64,000 nt of DNA. Source: an uncultured candidate division Zixibacteria bacterium. Its GTDB lineage: Bacteria > Zixibacteria > MSB-5A5 > RBG-16-43-9. Both the position numbers and the translations under genes were made by a program. Of the stretch, positions 37,191-47,309 are shown piece by piece. Each line of letters starts with the position of its first letter. The stretch's first letter is position 1. The stretch spans positions 1,728,001 to 1,792,000 of the forward strand of contig OY970208.1 in assembly GCA_963713865.1 (NCBI GenBank). The letters are read 5' to 3'. The notes below the pieces were generated by a model. That model searched no databases. It saw only the letters and a program-made list of their open reading frames with translations, and was not told where the DNA came from.

Positions 37191-40121
37191 TCAACCTAAT
37201 GGAGGTGGTCCTCCTCTGAACAAGTAGTTGATTAAATAAATTGTATCCTCTATGTTCACTACATTATCACAATTGACATCACCTGAAAAATATTGTCGGG
37301 GCAGTGCTCCTCCTTTAAAGAGATACTTTATCAAGTAAACCACATCAGAAACGGAGACTTTGTCATCATTGTTAAAATCCCCATTCAGCATATCTCCGAT
37401 AACTATATGTCCCTGAATAAAGTGAGGTTTTATTTCCAGAGAGTTTTCATCCACGAAAACCAGATGATTTCCCGGGGGAACCATACAGGTGTCAATCTCC
37501 ACAGTTTGCAATGGAGCATCTTCATTAAGGCTAAAGTACAGATTAGCCAAAAGTCCGTTACTTGGTAGGATAAGCGGCTCTACCAAAGCCACAATTCCAA
37601 TCAAGATCGTTTTATCGATGGGATTAATGTTTTTGACCTTTAACTCTATGTATTCTGCACGAGAACCGGCAAATGAAACCGAGTCACAGACCAGATCTGA
37701 GCTGTTATATTTCAAGGGGACATCAATTGCTGCTACGGGTTCACTATTGTAAAAGTAAACCGGAACCACAACCTGAGTGCCTGGCTGACCAGCTACTGTA
37801 GCTACCCTCACCGTATCCTCGCTTGAAGGGGTTGAAGGGGTTATGGCTAAAATCACCAGTATACTTTCCGGTGAATTGGTGGCTTCCGGGCAAGAGACAA
37901 CTATGTAGTCATAATAAGTATTCACTCCTAATCCGTTTATATCGACACTCAACCGAACATCAGATGGAGCTGTACCCTGATAAGCGCTCAAGCCGAGCCA
38001 GGAAGCCTGCTTGCTGGCAGTCCAGTTAAGCATACTTCCGCCGGAATTGCTTATAGTAAGCTTCTGGGAATTGGGATTATTTCCACCTGCAACTGCGCTG
38101 AAGCCGAATCTTTTTGAACTCAAGGCAATGGTCGGGACATTCGATTTAACTCTCAAAGTCACGGGAACGATTTTTGGACTGTTCCAGGCTCCTTCAGCCT
38201 GAATGCTGATGGTGGTAAAATAAGCACCAACCTTCAGTCCAGTGATGTCCACTGATAAAGTGGTCTGAGAAGGCGCCGTGCCTGAAATCGAGCTCAGAGT
38301 CAACCACCCAGCATCCTCCACTGCTGTCCAGTTCAACTCACCAACCCCGCTATTAGTTATCGAGAGATCCTGAGTTGGTGGATTCCCGTCTCCGATTTCC
38401 GCTGTGAAATCGAAATAAGCAGGGGAGGCAGAGATTATCGGAACAGTATCCGGGGGGTTACCTGTTAGCCTTAACTGATAGATATGGTCGGTGATGATAT
38501 CTGATACCCATAGGTATTGACCATCCCACTCTAACTCTGTGGCATTACTCCCAGGACCAGGAAATGCCCATAAAAGCTCACCCTGGCGGGTTAGCTTGTA
38601 AATCATACCATTAGAGCAATCGCAGATGAAGAAGTTCTCACCATCCCAGGTCAATCCATCCAGCAGGTTTACCGGGAAAGTTAGCTCTATGGTTTCCACC
38701 ACGTTCCAGTCAGAATCAAACCTGACTAAACTCCTTTTTGACGAACTTGCCGGACGGTCACAAGCCCAGATGCTCGTTCCGTCCCAGGCTAAGCCGGTTA
38801 CCTGTTCCAGCGGAGTCTGAATGGTCTGGACCAATTGACCACTTGTGGTCAGCTTGTAAATCCGGGCTTCGAACAGTGCGGCTAAATAAAGATACTGCCC
38901 ATCCCAGGTCATACCACTGACTATACCTCCATTCCACTCGAACTGGGAAAGGATGTTCCCCTGAGTATCCATATGATAGATAGTATTATGACCATCATAG
39001 GTACATGAGGTAGTCCAGAGATAGGTTCCATCCCAGGTTATGCCCCAGGTACCAGGATTACCTGGTGCTTGAAAATAAGTGACTATTTCATAAAACTGGG
39101 ATTTGTTCACATCCACAGATAAGTTGACAGGGACACTTATCGGATCTATGCCTGGATCAGAGGGGATGAAGTTAATCTGACCCCCATAGTATCCTGGAGA
39201 AAGACCGGTTATATCCACAGAGACTTCCACGTCAGTGGGTGTGGTGCCTGAGGTCGGAACTGCACTTATCCAGCTCTGAGAAGTGGACAAGGTCCAATCC
39301 AGGGGATTGCCTGTGCTTTTTATAGTAATGTATTTGCTTCCTGGGTTTTGCCCGCCAAAAAATGCCATAAAATTGAGACTGCCTGGAGTAACATACAGTC
39401 TATTAGTGTCTGGAAGCTGATTTAAATCTACCTGGTAGATATAATCCGTTCTGATATCTGCTACCCAGAGGTATTGACCATCCCACTCCAGCTCGGTAGC
39501 ATTGCTCCCGGGTCCAGGAAATGCCCATAAAAGCTCACCCTGGCGGGTTAGCTTGTAAATCATACCATTAGAGCAATCGCAGATGAAGAAGTTCTCACCA
39601 TCCCAGGTCAATCCATCCAGCAGGTTTACCGGGAAAGTTAGCTCTATGGTTTCCACCACGTTCCAGTCAGAATCAAACCTGACTAAACTCCTTTTTGACG
39701 AACTTGCCGGACGGTCACAAGCCCAGATGCTCGTTCCGTCCCAGGCTAAGCCGGTTACCTGTTCCAGCGGAGTCTGAATGGTCTGGACCAATTGACCACT
39801 TGTGGTCAGCTTGTAAATCCGGGCTTCGAATAGTGCTGCTAAATAAAGATACTGCCCATCCCAGGTCATACCACTGACTATACCTCCATTCCACTCGAAC
39901 TGGGAAAGGATGTTCCCCTGGGTATCCATATGATAGATAGTATTACGACCTTCATATGCACATGAGGTAGTCCAGAGATAGGTTCCATCCCAGGTTATGC
40001 CCCAAGTGCCGTAAGTGCCTGGTGCTTGAAATCGGGTGATTACCTTTTGCGCAAAAGCCATCGAGCTCCCCCAAAGCAATAACAAAGATAGAGCCACTAA
40101 GAAGACTATGACTCTTTTCAT
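37191..40121 (-). CDS. Secreted modular protein: two duplicated beta-propeller-like domains (G.TWDG..LW repeats), BACON/Ig-like domains, cohesin-like domain, dockerin
   Basis: Signal peptide; WDG repeats; LxWT...WLx.S..SGTxP repeats; DTVRV...VVVPVYFYN...PLKY cohesin-like segment; two GDxNxD dockerin repeats. Confidence 0.85.
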   Translation of the reverse strand: MKRVIVFLVALSLLLLWGSSMAFAQKVITRFQAPGTYGTWGITWDGTYLWTTSCAYEGRNTIYHMDTQGNILSQFEWNGGIVSGMTWDGQYLYLAALFEARIYKLTTSGQLVQTIQTPLEQVTGLAWDGTSIWACDRPASSSKRSLVRFDSDWNVVETIELTFPVNLLDGLTWDGENFFICDCSNGMIYKLTRQGELLWAFPGPGSNATELEWDGQYLWVADIRTDYIYQVDLNQLPDTNRLYVTPGSLNFMAFFGGQNPGSKYITIKSTGNPLDWTLSTSQSWISAVPTSGTTPTDVEVSVDITGLSPGYYGGQINFIPSDPGIDPISVPVNLSVDVNKSQFYEIVTYFQAPGNPGTWGITWDGTYLWTTSCTYDGHNTIYHMDTQGNILSQFEWNGGIVSGMTWDGQYLYLAALFEARIYKLTTSGQLVQTIQTPLEQVTGLAWDGTSIWACDRPASSSKRSLVRFDSDWNVVETIELTFPVNLLDGLTWDGENFFICDCSNGMIYKLTRQGELLWAFPGPGSNATELEWDGQYLWVSDIITDHIYQLRLTGNPPDTVPIISASPAYFDFTAEIGDGNPPTQDLSITNSGVGELNWTAVEDAGWLTLSSISGTAPSQTTLSVDITGLKVGAYFTTISIQAEGAWNSPKIVPVTLRVKSNVPTIALSSKRFGFSAVAGGNNPNSQKLTISNSGGSMLNWTASKQASWLGLSAYQGTAPSDVRLSVDINGLGVNTYYDYIVVSCPEATNSPESILVILAITPSTPSSEDTVRVATVAGQPGTQVVVPVYFYNSEPVAAIDVPLKYNSSDLVCDSVSFAGSRAEYIELKVKNINPIDKTILIGIVALVEPLILPSNGLLANLYFSLNEDAPLQTVEIDTCMVPPGNHLVFVDENSLEIKPHFIQGHIVIGDMLNGDFNNDDKVSVSDVVYLIKYLFKGGALPRQYFSGDVNCDNVVNIEDTIYLINYLFRGGPPPLG
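38500..40031. repeat. Intragenic ~570 bp near-identical direct duplication (about 38500-39074 and 39457-40031, offset 957)
   Basis: Nucleotide identity read directly; the same spurious ORF appears at 38626 and 39583. Confidence 0.92.
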
Positions 40122-40664
40122 GTAAACCTCCCGTTTAAAGGTTTAAATAAGCAGACTTAATTCTGATTAAAATTCTGCTTAAAATTGACTATGATTGGAT
40201 TGTATTCTTAACGTAGTTTCTCCTTATGAAATTAATATAATTCTTAACTAACAATTGTCAAGAAAAAATTAAATCTTTTTTATACTTTTCAGGTGTATTG
40301 TTTCCAGATATACTGTCAGCATAATCCTCTAAGAGATAAGTGGTTAGGTTAGAGATTCTGAAGTGAAGAACAACTTTCTTTTAATCCACTTATAAATTCT
40401 ATTCGTGATCCGTTTTAAAGAAAATATTTCTTTAATAACTGAACTATTGAATATAATTTTTTACATTGACTCAACTCAGCCTAGAGTTATGATGTTCCTA
40501 CCCGACAAAATCCACTGATACCCGCTGATGGAACCCTTCATTGGAGATTATGTGATTGTGGCAATGCATAAATATCATATCAAAGAATATCTATTGAGGA
40601 GTAAAATAGTCCTAATTAAAAGCTTGACAATGGGTAAGATATTTACTATTATCTCAGTAATTAT

Positions 40665-41303
40665 ATGATTTCCTTAGAGGTTAAAAATTTAGCTAAAAAT
40701 TTTGGCTATAGAAAAGTTTTCGAGGGGATTAATTTTTCAATTAAAAGTGGAAAATCTTTGGTGATTGTGGGGAAGAACGGTTCTGGCAAAACTACGCTTT
40801 TGAAGATCCTGGCAGGTCTATTAAAGCCCTCTAAGGGTGAAGTGATTATTAGTCTGAATGGTCAAATTAGAAAGAAGGAAGATAAGAGGAAACTATTAGG
40901 TTTTGTGGCTCCTGATTTATTTCTATATGATGAACTTACCGCTTTGGAGAACTTAGAATTTTTGGTTCAGATTCAGGGTTTGGGATTTAATAAATCAGAA
41001 TTAAACAAAAAATTAGAAGAGATGGGTTTAAGAGGGAGAGGAGATGATCTGGTATCATCTTATTCTTCCGGGATGAAACAGAGGTTGAAATATGTTTTTG
41101 CTTTGTTAAATAAACCCCAGATTTTGCTTTTGGATGAGCCAGGGAGCAATTTAGACGAACCGGGTCTTTTATTGCTGAATAAAATTATCGAGGAACAAAA
41201 GAAAAGGGGAATACTAGTCTTAGCCACCAATGACCAGAGGGAGACAAAATATGGGGATGAAATCCTCAACCTGGACCAGCAGAGTTTCGGCGTTATTCCT
41301 TAA
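40665..41303 (+). CDS. ccmA: Heme exporter ATP-binding protein
   Basis: GKNGSGKT, YSSGMKQR, LLDEP; first gene of the ccm cluster. Confidence 0.88.
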   Translation: MISLEVKNLAKNFGYRKVFEGINFSIKSGKSLVIVGKNGSGKTTLLKILAGLLKPSKGEVIISLNGQIRKKEDKRKLLGFVAPDLFLYDELTALENLEFLVQIQGLGFNKSELNKKLEEMGLRGRGDDLVSSYSSGMKQRLKYVFALLNKPQILLLDEPGSNLDEPGLLLLNKIIEEQKKRGILVLATNDQRETKYGDEILNLDQQSFGVIP

Positions 41304-41934
41304 GGATTTCAAATCTGAACTGCGAACGCGCTATAGCCTGAACGCTTTGATAATGTTTGCAGTGGTTACTCTTACTGCGATCAGCTTCTCTATCGGTATG
41401 TTCTCTTTAAGCTCTAAAGTAAAAGCTTCTCTTTTCTGGATAGTTATTTTTTTCTCGGCTATGTCTGGGTTAGCCCAGGTTTTTATAAAAGAAGAAGAAT
41501 CAAAAACCTCCAATCTTTTGAAATTGGTGGCTTCGGCTGAGACGATCTTCGCTGGAAAGTTACTTTACAATTTGATTCTTCTGTTCTTTTTAGAGTTAAT
41601 TGTTGTACCCTTGTTTATAATTATGTTAGGGTTTTCGATTTTGAGTTATTGGTTATTTTTCAGCGTATTAATCTTAGGCAGTTTGGGTCTGGTTTGTGCG
41701 ACGACTATCATCGCTGCCATTGTTGCTAAAGCCAGCGTAAAGGGAGCATTATTTGCAGTTCTTTCTTTCCCAATTCTTCTGCCACTGCTGGTTACTCTGA
41801 TCAACGTTACGAATTTAGCTTCTGAGGGGGCTTCGTTTTCACGAGGGTTAAACGATCTGCAAATACTTTTTTCTTATGCTGTAGTGATGTTTGTTGCTTC
41901 ATTTTTACTTTTTGATTTCGTATGGGAGGAATGA
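41251..41934 (+). CDS. ccmB: Heme exporter permease
   Basis: KDFKSELR, LFAVLSFPILLP, six TM helices. Confidence 0.88.
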   Translation: MGMKSSTWTSRVSALFLKDFKSELRTRYSLNALIMFAVVTLTAISFSIGMFSLSSKVKASLFWIVIFFSAMSGLAQVFIKEEESKTSNLLKLVASAETIFAGKLLYNLILLFFLELIVVPLFIIMLGFSILSYWLFFSVLILGSLGLVCATTIIAAIVAKASVKGALFAVLSFPILLPLLVTLINVTNLASEGASFSRGLNDLQILFSYAVVMFVASFLLFDFVWEE

Positions 41935-41991
41935 AGAAGCAGGTAGCAAGTAGCTGGTAGTAAACAGGGAAAGAAAAAGGGAATAATAAAA

Positions 41992-42639
41992 ATGTGGTGG
42001 AAAATATTAACTGGGTTACTGATTAGTATAGTAGTGGTTACCATATTTTTAATGCCGCCTCCACAGAAAGAGTTAGGCGAGGTCTCCAGGATATTTTTCT
42101 TTCACGTGCCAGTTGCCTGGGTAACGGTCTTGGCTTTTTTATTTGCGATGATTAATAGCATCCTATATCTTTCAAAAAAAGACCCGGTTTATGATACTCA
42201 GGCAGCAGTAGCTTCACAGCTTGGATTTTTGTTCGCTATCTTAGCCACAGTCTCAGGTGCAATTTTCGCTAAATCTGCCTGGGGCTCATACTGGAACTGG
42301 GACCCGAGGGAAACCTCCGTTTTCATTCTCCTTTTAATTTACGGAGCGTATCTTGCCTTGCGTTCCGCCATAGACTCAGAAGATCGAAGAGCAAATCTTT
42401 CTGCGGTTTATTCTATTTTAGCTTTTATCACGGTACCTTTTCTGGTCTTCGTGGTTCCGAGGGTATTTCAGTCTCTACATCCGGTAGATTCAGTAATAAG
42501 CTCTCAAATAAAAATCCAGATGCCATTTCCCGTTCTTTCCGTATTCTTATGCTCGCTTTTGGGATTTAGCTTGCTTTTTATCTGGATATATAAACTTGAA
42601 GTAAAGATAATTCTATTGGATAAAAAGAAACATTCGTAG
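41992..42639 (+). CDS. ccmC: Heme chaperone-loading protein CcmC
   Basis: FFHVPVAW, WGSYWNWDPRET, SLHP. Confidence 0.92.
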   Translation: MWWKILTGLLISIVVVTIFLMPPPQKELGEVSRIFFFHVPVAWVTVLAFLFAMINSILYLSKKDPVYDTQAAVASQLGFLFAILATVSGAIFAKSAWGSYWNWDPRETSVFILLLIYGAYLALRSAIDSEDRRANLSAVYSILAFITVPFLVFVVPRVFQSLHPVDSVISSQIKIQMPFPVLSVFLCSLLGFSLLFIWIYKLEVKIILLDKKKHS

Positions 42640-42661
42640 TTTGAAAAAAGGAGGTTTAGGG

Positions 42662-42769
42662 ATGTCTGCAAATTTCGGAGTGATGATTGTAGTATTAATT
42701 ATCTGGTTTGGTATATTCGCGTATTTATTAAGGCTGGATAAAAAGGTAAAAGAGCTAGAGAGAAAATGA
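42662..42769 (+). CDS. ccmD: CcmD-like small membrane protein (35 aa; absent from the ORF track)
   Basis: AGGAGG RBS; MSANFGVMIVVLIIWFGIFAYLLRLDKKVKELERK; ATGA overlap with ccmE. Confidence 0.82.
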   Translation: MSANFGVMIVVLIIWFGIFAYLLRLDKKVKELERK

Positions 42770-43131
42770 AGTTGAAATATGTTATAGGCATAGGTATAAT
42801 TTTAATTTTTGTAGTTTTCGGAGCATTGTCTTTCAGAAAAAATCTAACCCCTTATGTAGGGTTTAAAGAGGCTAAAAGCTCTAATAACTCAGTTCAGATT
42901 ATTGGTGAAGTGCTCCCAGAGGAAACTAAGTATGATCTTGAAAACCAGAAATTTCATTTCTCCTTAAAGGATTCAAAAGGGGAGAAGATGAATATAGTTT
43001 TCAACGGGGTTAAGCCGGCTAATTTTGAGCAGGCTACAAGTGTTGTGGTAATAGGTAAATATCAGGAAGGAGTTTTTCTGGCAGATCAGGTCCTGGTTAA
43101 ATGCCCGTCCAAATATCAGGGGGTAAAATAG
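42766..43131 (+). CDS. ccmE: Heme chaperone CcmE (CxxxY variant)
   Basis: N-terminal TM; KPANFE; LVKCPSKY. Confidence 0.92.
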   Translation: MKLKYVIGIGIILIFVVFGALSFRKNLTPYVGFKEAKSSNNSVQIIGEVLPEETKYDLENQKFHFSLKDSKGEKMNIVFNGVKPANFEQATSVVVIGKYQEGVFLADQVLVKCPSKYQGVK

Positions 43132-45306
43132 ATGGCTTCAGGTGATCTTTTTCTGCTGTTTTGTCTTTTAGGAGCTATTTTCTCAGCCATTCTTTTTTTA
43201 TGGAGCGCAAAAGGGGATAAGAAAATATTATCCTGGGCCAAAATAGTATATTATCTGACATTTCTTTTTTCTCTCTTAGCCACTTTAGACCTTTTCTATC
43301 TTTTCCTGACTCATAATTTTCAGACCTCTTACGTGTTCGGATACAGCTCAACCGATTTACCTTTCTTCTATCTTATATCTTCTTTCTGGGCGGGTCAGGA
43401 AGGCACGTTTCTCTTGTGGCTTTTCATCGGGCTTTTGCTGGGACTTTTCCTGATTAAGAAAAAAGGGGATGGACTGCAGGGTTATGTTATATTTATTTAT
43501 CTTTTAGTTCAGATATTTTTACTGGTGCTGCTTTTGAAGAAAAGCCCTTTCGAACTTCTGCCTGACATTCCTCCGGAAGGAAAAGGGCTTAATCCTCTTT
43601 TGAAAGACCCCTGGATGGTTTCGCATCCCCCTCTGGTTTTCATCGGTTATGCTGGTTTAGCCATTCCGTTTGCTTATGCTTTAGCGGCTTTGATAAAGAA
43701 TAAATATGATACCTGGGTAAAGTCTTCTTTACCCTGGGTAGGGTTTTCCGCCCTGACTTTAGGTTCAGGAATTTTCGTTGGCGGATTCTGGGCTTATAAA
43801 GTCCTGGGCTGGGGAGGTTACTGGGGCTGGGATCCGGTAGAGAATGCTTCTTTGATTCCCTGGATAACGACTGTGGCTTTGTTACATGGTTTCGTCTTGG
43901 AGAGGAATAAAAATAGTCTGAAAAGAACAAATCTTTTTCTGGCTATAGCTTCTTTTCTTTTAGTTATGTACGGGACGTTTCTCACCCGGAGCGGGGTTTT
44001 AGCTGATTTCTCGGTTCATTCCTTTGCGGATTTGGGACTTAATCAATACCTTGTTTTCTTTATGCTTTTATTTTCAGCTTTTTCCCTGGGGCTTCTGGCC
44101 TTTCGTTCTTCAAATCTACGAAGCGCAGAGTCTGGTAAATCGATCTTATCCCAGGAGTTCGCAGTTCTTTTAGGGATTATCTTTTTGTCTTTTTCTGCAG
44201 TTTTAATCTTAATAGGGACTTCTGCTCCACTCCTGACAGGTTTGTCAGGTAAAGCCTCAAACGTTACTGTACCTTATTATATCAGGACAAATCTGCCAAT
44301 TGCCATTATCTTAGGATTACTTTTAAGCCTGTCTACTTTTTTGTCCTGGAAAGAGGTATCTGTCAAGGAACTTGGTAAAAAGATTACCCTGCCTTTAATA
44401 ATAGTTATAATCCTTTCGATAAATGCCTTGGCTTTTGGAGTCAGGAGTCTATCCTATTTCCTTTTTATTTTCTTTTCCATTTTTGTTCTGGTTTCAAATC
44501 TCATAATTTTCTTCAAAAGATTAAAAGGGAAACTGCTCAATACTGCGGGATATTTGACCCATATCGGCATCGGGCTGATGTTCATTGGAATCCTCACTTC
44601 ATCCGGCTATTCGAAGTCTGTAAAACTGAATCTGCTTAAAGGAGAAACTAAAGAAGCTTTCGGTTATCAGCTTACCTTTCAGGGTGAAGAAAATTCTTCA
44701 AGTAAGAATGAAAATATACTTTTGGTGCAGGTGAAAAAGGGTAAAGAGAGCTTTACAGCTAAGCCCGGACTCTACTGGAGCGAATACAATCAGGGGATGA
44801 TGAGAAAACCACATATAAAAAGAGGGATGATAGAAGATTATTATTTTGCTCCGATGGAATACAAAAAAGAGGCATTAAATTTCTCCGAGCCGTTCAATCT
44901 ATCTAAAGGGGAGGAAAAAGAGGTCGAGGGTTACAAAATCAAGTTCCTGAATTTCGATATGACCTCACATGAACAGGGGGGAGAGGTAAGAGTAGGTGCT
45001 ATTCTGGAAATCAGCTATCAGAATCAGAAGGGAACTGTTACCCCGGCGATTGTATTCGGAGAACAGAATAAAATGATCCAGATTGAAGCTGGATTGCCGG
45101 GTGGTAACCTGATATTTTTGGAAAGAGTGATGGCTGATCAGAAAATGGTGACTTTAAGTATAGGTAAGAAGGGGGAAGAAAACAGGGGAGAGGTCCTCCT
45201 GTTGGAAGTAAGCAAGAAACCTTTGATTAATCTTCTGTGGCTGGGTTTGGTTGTGATTATGCTTGGTCTTTTCATGATGACCTGGAGAAGAAGTAAAGAA
45301 ATGTAG
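43132..45306 (+). CDS. ccmF: Cytochrome c heme lyase CcmF
   Basis: WAGQEG, GLNPLL, HPP, WGGYWGWDPVENAS, TRSG..SVHSF. Confidence 0.95.
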   Translation: MASGDLFLLFCLLGAIFSAILFLWSAKGDKKILSWAKIVYYLTFLFSLLATLDLFYLFLTHNFQTSYVFGYSSTDLPFFYLISSFWAGQEGTFLLWLFIGLLLGLFLIKKKGDGLQGYVIFIYLLVQIFLLVLLLKKSPFELLPDIPPEGKGLNPLLKDPWMVSHPPLVFIGYAGLAIPFAYALAALIKNKYDTWVKSSLPWVGFSALTLGSGIFVGGFWAYKVLGWGGYWGWDPVENASLIPWITTVALLHGFVLERNKNSLKRTNLFLAIASFLLVMYGTFLTRSGVLADFSVHSFADLGLNQYLVFFMLLFSAFSLGLLAFRSSNLRSAESGKSILSQEFAVLLGIIFLSFSAVLILIGTSAPLLTGLSGKASNVTVPYYIRTNLPIAIILGLLLSLSTFLSWKEVSVKELGKKITLPLIIVIILSINALAFGVRSLSYFLFIFFSIFVLVSNLIIFFKRLKGKLLNTAGYLTHIGIGLMFIGILTSSGYSKSVKLNLLKGETKEAFGYQLTFQGEENSSSKNENILLVQVKKGKESFTAKPGLYWSEYNQGMMRKPHIKRGMIEDYYFAPMEYKKEALNFSEPFNLSKGEEKEVEGYKIKFLNFDMTSHEQGGEVRVGAILEISYQNQKGTVTPAIVFGEQNKMIQIEAGLPGGNLIFLERVMADQKMVTLSIGKKGEENRGEVLLLEVSKKPLINLLWLGLVVIMLGLFMMTWRRSKEM

Positions 45307-45318
45307 TAGTGGGTTTTT

Positions 45319-45880
45319 CGTAGTGCGACCCTTTTAGGGTCGCTGTAGTTGTAATGGTCCGCCTGGGGTGGATCAGCCTTCCATCGTTTTTCGTAGTGCG
45401 ACTCCTTTCAAGGACTGTTGAAAAAATGGAATTAGTAGAGTGTCATTCTGAATCCCCGTAGGGGATGAAGAATCTCTGTATTACTTAATAAGATTCTTCG
45501 GTCGTCCCCGTAAGGGACTCCCTCAGAATGACAAAGCTCGTAGTGCGACCCTGCTTGTCCCGTCGCAGGCGGGATCAGGGTCGCAAGAATGGTAGGACAG
45601 GACAGTGTCCTGTCCCTACATACATTATAGGTATCCCCACCTTGCCCTCAAGGTGGGGTAATATTATATGTTCGTAATTCGTCATTAATTATTATATTAA
45701 CGCAATGTACTCCTTTCATCTGTCATTCTGAGTCCCCGTAGGGGACGAAGAATCTTCATATTAATCTTAGAGATTCTTCGAGGGTGGCACCCTCAAACTT
45801 GTTTGAGGGTGAGTCTGGAAGTTTCTGCAAATGCCTTTAATAGCATCCCCAAAACAATTTTGGGGATGGCACGCCACCTT
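45319..45880. repeat. Dense cluster of palindromic elements from several families
   Basis: GTAGTGCGACCC..GGGTCGC x3; TGTCATTCTGA..GAAGAATCT..AGATTCTTC..TCAGAATGACA (45441-45533, partial copy 45721-45780); GTAGGACAGGAC..GTCCTGTCCCTAC; CCCACCTTG..CAAGGTGGG. Confidence 0.8.
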
Positions 45881-45983
45881 GCCCTACTTTTTCTTTGTTA
45901 TCCAACGTTCTTCATCCGTTATATTTTTAGCGTATATTTTGTTTGACATCTAAGCTGGTTGATTTTATATTGGCTTTAAATTT

Positions 45984-46057
45984 GCGCCTATAGCTCAACT
46001 GGATAGAGCATCGGACTTCGGATCCGAGGGTTGAGGGTTCAAATCCCCCTAGGCGCG
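45984..46057 (+). tRNA. tRNA-Arg (anticodon TCG)
   Basis: Acceptor GCGCCTA/TAGGCGC; anticodon arm TCGGA-CTTCGGA-TCCGA; GGTTCAAAT; CCA not encoded. Confidence 0.93.
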
Positions 46058-46062
46058 GTGGG

Positions 46063-46260
46063 AAGTGATTAGTGAGAGAGTGATTAGTGATTAGGTGATA
46101 GTAAATAGATAGCAGGTCATAGGTGATAGGTTGTAGGTCAAAGGTTATAGATAGGAGGGAAGGGCACTAACCACTATGAACTATGAACCATTAACCAATA
46201 AGTGAAAGAGTAATTAGCTTTTTCTTTTGACTTTAGCCTATAGACTTTAGACTTAAGACT
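46063..46260. repeat. Degenerate 7-8 nt tandem repeats and their complements
   Basis: GTGATTA/GTGATAG/GTCATAG/GTTGTAG/GTTATAG run, then CTATGAA x2 and CTTTAGC/CTATAGA/CTTTAGA runs. Confidence 0.65.
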
Positions 46261-46268
46261 GTGTTTCC

Positions 46269-46343
<75 letters not shown>

Positions 46344-46511
46344 CTTTCAATTAAAGGCTAAAGGCAAGAGGCAATAGTCTAAAAGCAAATTTGGAGTGTA
46401 AAGTCTTTAGATCCTGGTGACTTTAGCTTTACCTTAGTAGTAGGTCAGGAGCTTTATGCTCCTTACGTAATCTGAAAACCATATAAACATAAATTAAGAG
46501 CACTTCCACCG

Positions 46512-47213
46512 ATGTACTGGAAGCGATACCAAGAGGAAACCGCTAGCTTTTTTCGAAGCCTTGGCTGCGATGTAGAAGTTGACGCAACAGTGAAAGGAGC
46601 TCGCGCGAAGCACAAGGTTGATGTATTAGTCCGGTTCAGACGGTTTGGATTAGAAACAAAATGGGTAGTCGAGTGCAAGCTTTGGCAGACATCTGTACCC
46701 AAGGAAAAAGTGCTGGCGTTGAAATCAACCATCGAGGATGTGGGAGCGGACCGTGGTATTTTGGTATCATCGGCAGGTTTTCAGAGTGGCGCGGTCCGTG
46801 CCGCTACAAGCACCAATATCTCACTAACCAGTCTGGATGAACTCAAAGAGACTGCGGAAGAAGAGCTAGTGTCATCTGTCCTCCACACTCTTGAAACAAG
46901 AGTAATTGAGCTGAAGTACGCTCTATCAGACCTCTACAGCATAGAACAGACAACTTCTCACTTTTGGATATCCATGCCCCTTATTGGGGTGGATAGTGGT
47001 GCTGTGTACCGTGCTATTGGTGCTCTTTCCTTCCTTGAGTTTGGATTTGACCGAGCACGACTCCGGAAACCTCCGTACCCAATCAAGTTCGGTGAACCTG
47101 GCCAAGGGCAGTTCCTTGCTATGACGCTAGAGGAATTCGTCGAGGGCGCTGCTCAAGTCATCTGTGAGGCGCAAACCACGCTGAATTCACAGCACCCGGG
47201 GAAATTCTCATAA
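46512..47213 (+). CDS. Mrr-like PD-(D/E)xK restriction endonuclease domain protein
   Basis: HKVDV...WVVECK.W, DVGADRGILVS..GFQSGA. Confidence 0.85.
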   Translation: MYWKRYQEETASFFRSLGCDVEVDATVKGARAKHKVDVLVRFRRFGLETKWVVECKLWQTSVPKEKVLALKSTIEDVGADRGILVSSAGFQSGAVRAATSTNISLTSLDELKETAEEELVSSVLHTLETRVIELKYALSDLYSIEQTTSHFWISMPLIGVDSGAVYRAIGALSFLEFGFDRARLRKPPYPIKFGEPGQGQFLAMTLEEFVEGAAQVICEAQTTLNSQHPGKFS

Positions 47214-47224
47214 TATGAGTCTTC

Positions 47225-47282
47225 GCCTAACTCATCATTTCAGCGGACTCGATGCACTTGCTGCTGATTTTGAACGTTGTGC
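47225..47282 (+). mobile_element. attC-like integron cassette recombination site
   Basis: GCCTAAC...TTCAGCGGAC...GCTGATTTTGAAC-GTTGTGC, 58 bp, 11 bp after the nuclease stop. Confidence 0.6.
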
Positions 47283-47309
47283 TGTAAATATATTCTGTGC
47301 GGAGATGTT

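Noticed and set aside
38500-40031. Possible DGR template/variable repeat pair
   Set aside because: Both copies are in-frame coding domains, differences are not confined to adenines of one copy, and no reverse transcriptase is present.
45319-46260. Possible CRISPR array among the repeats
   Set aside because: No constant 25-40 nt repeat with regular unique spacers, and no cas genes.
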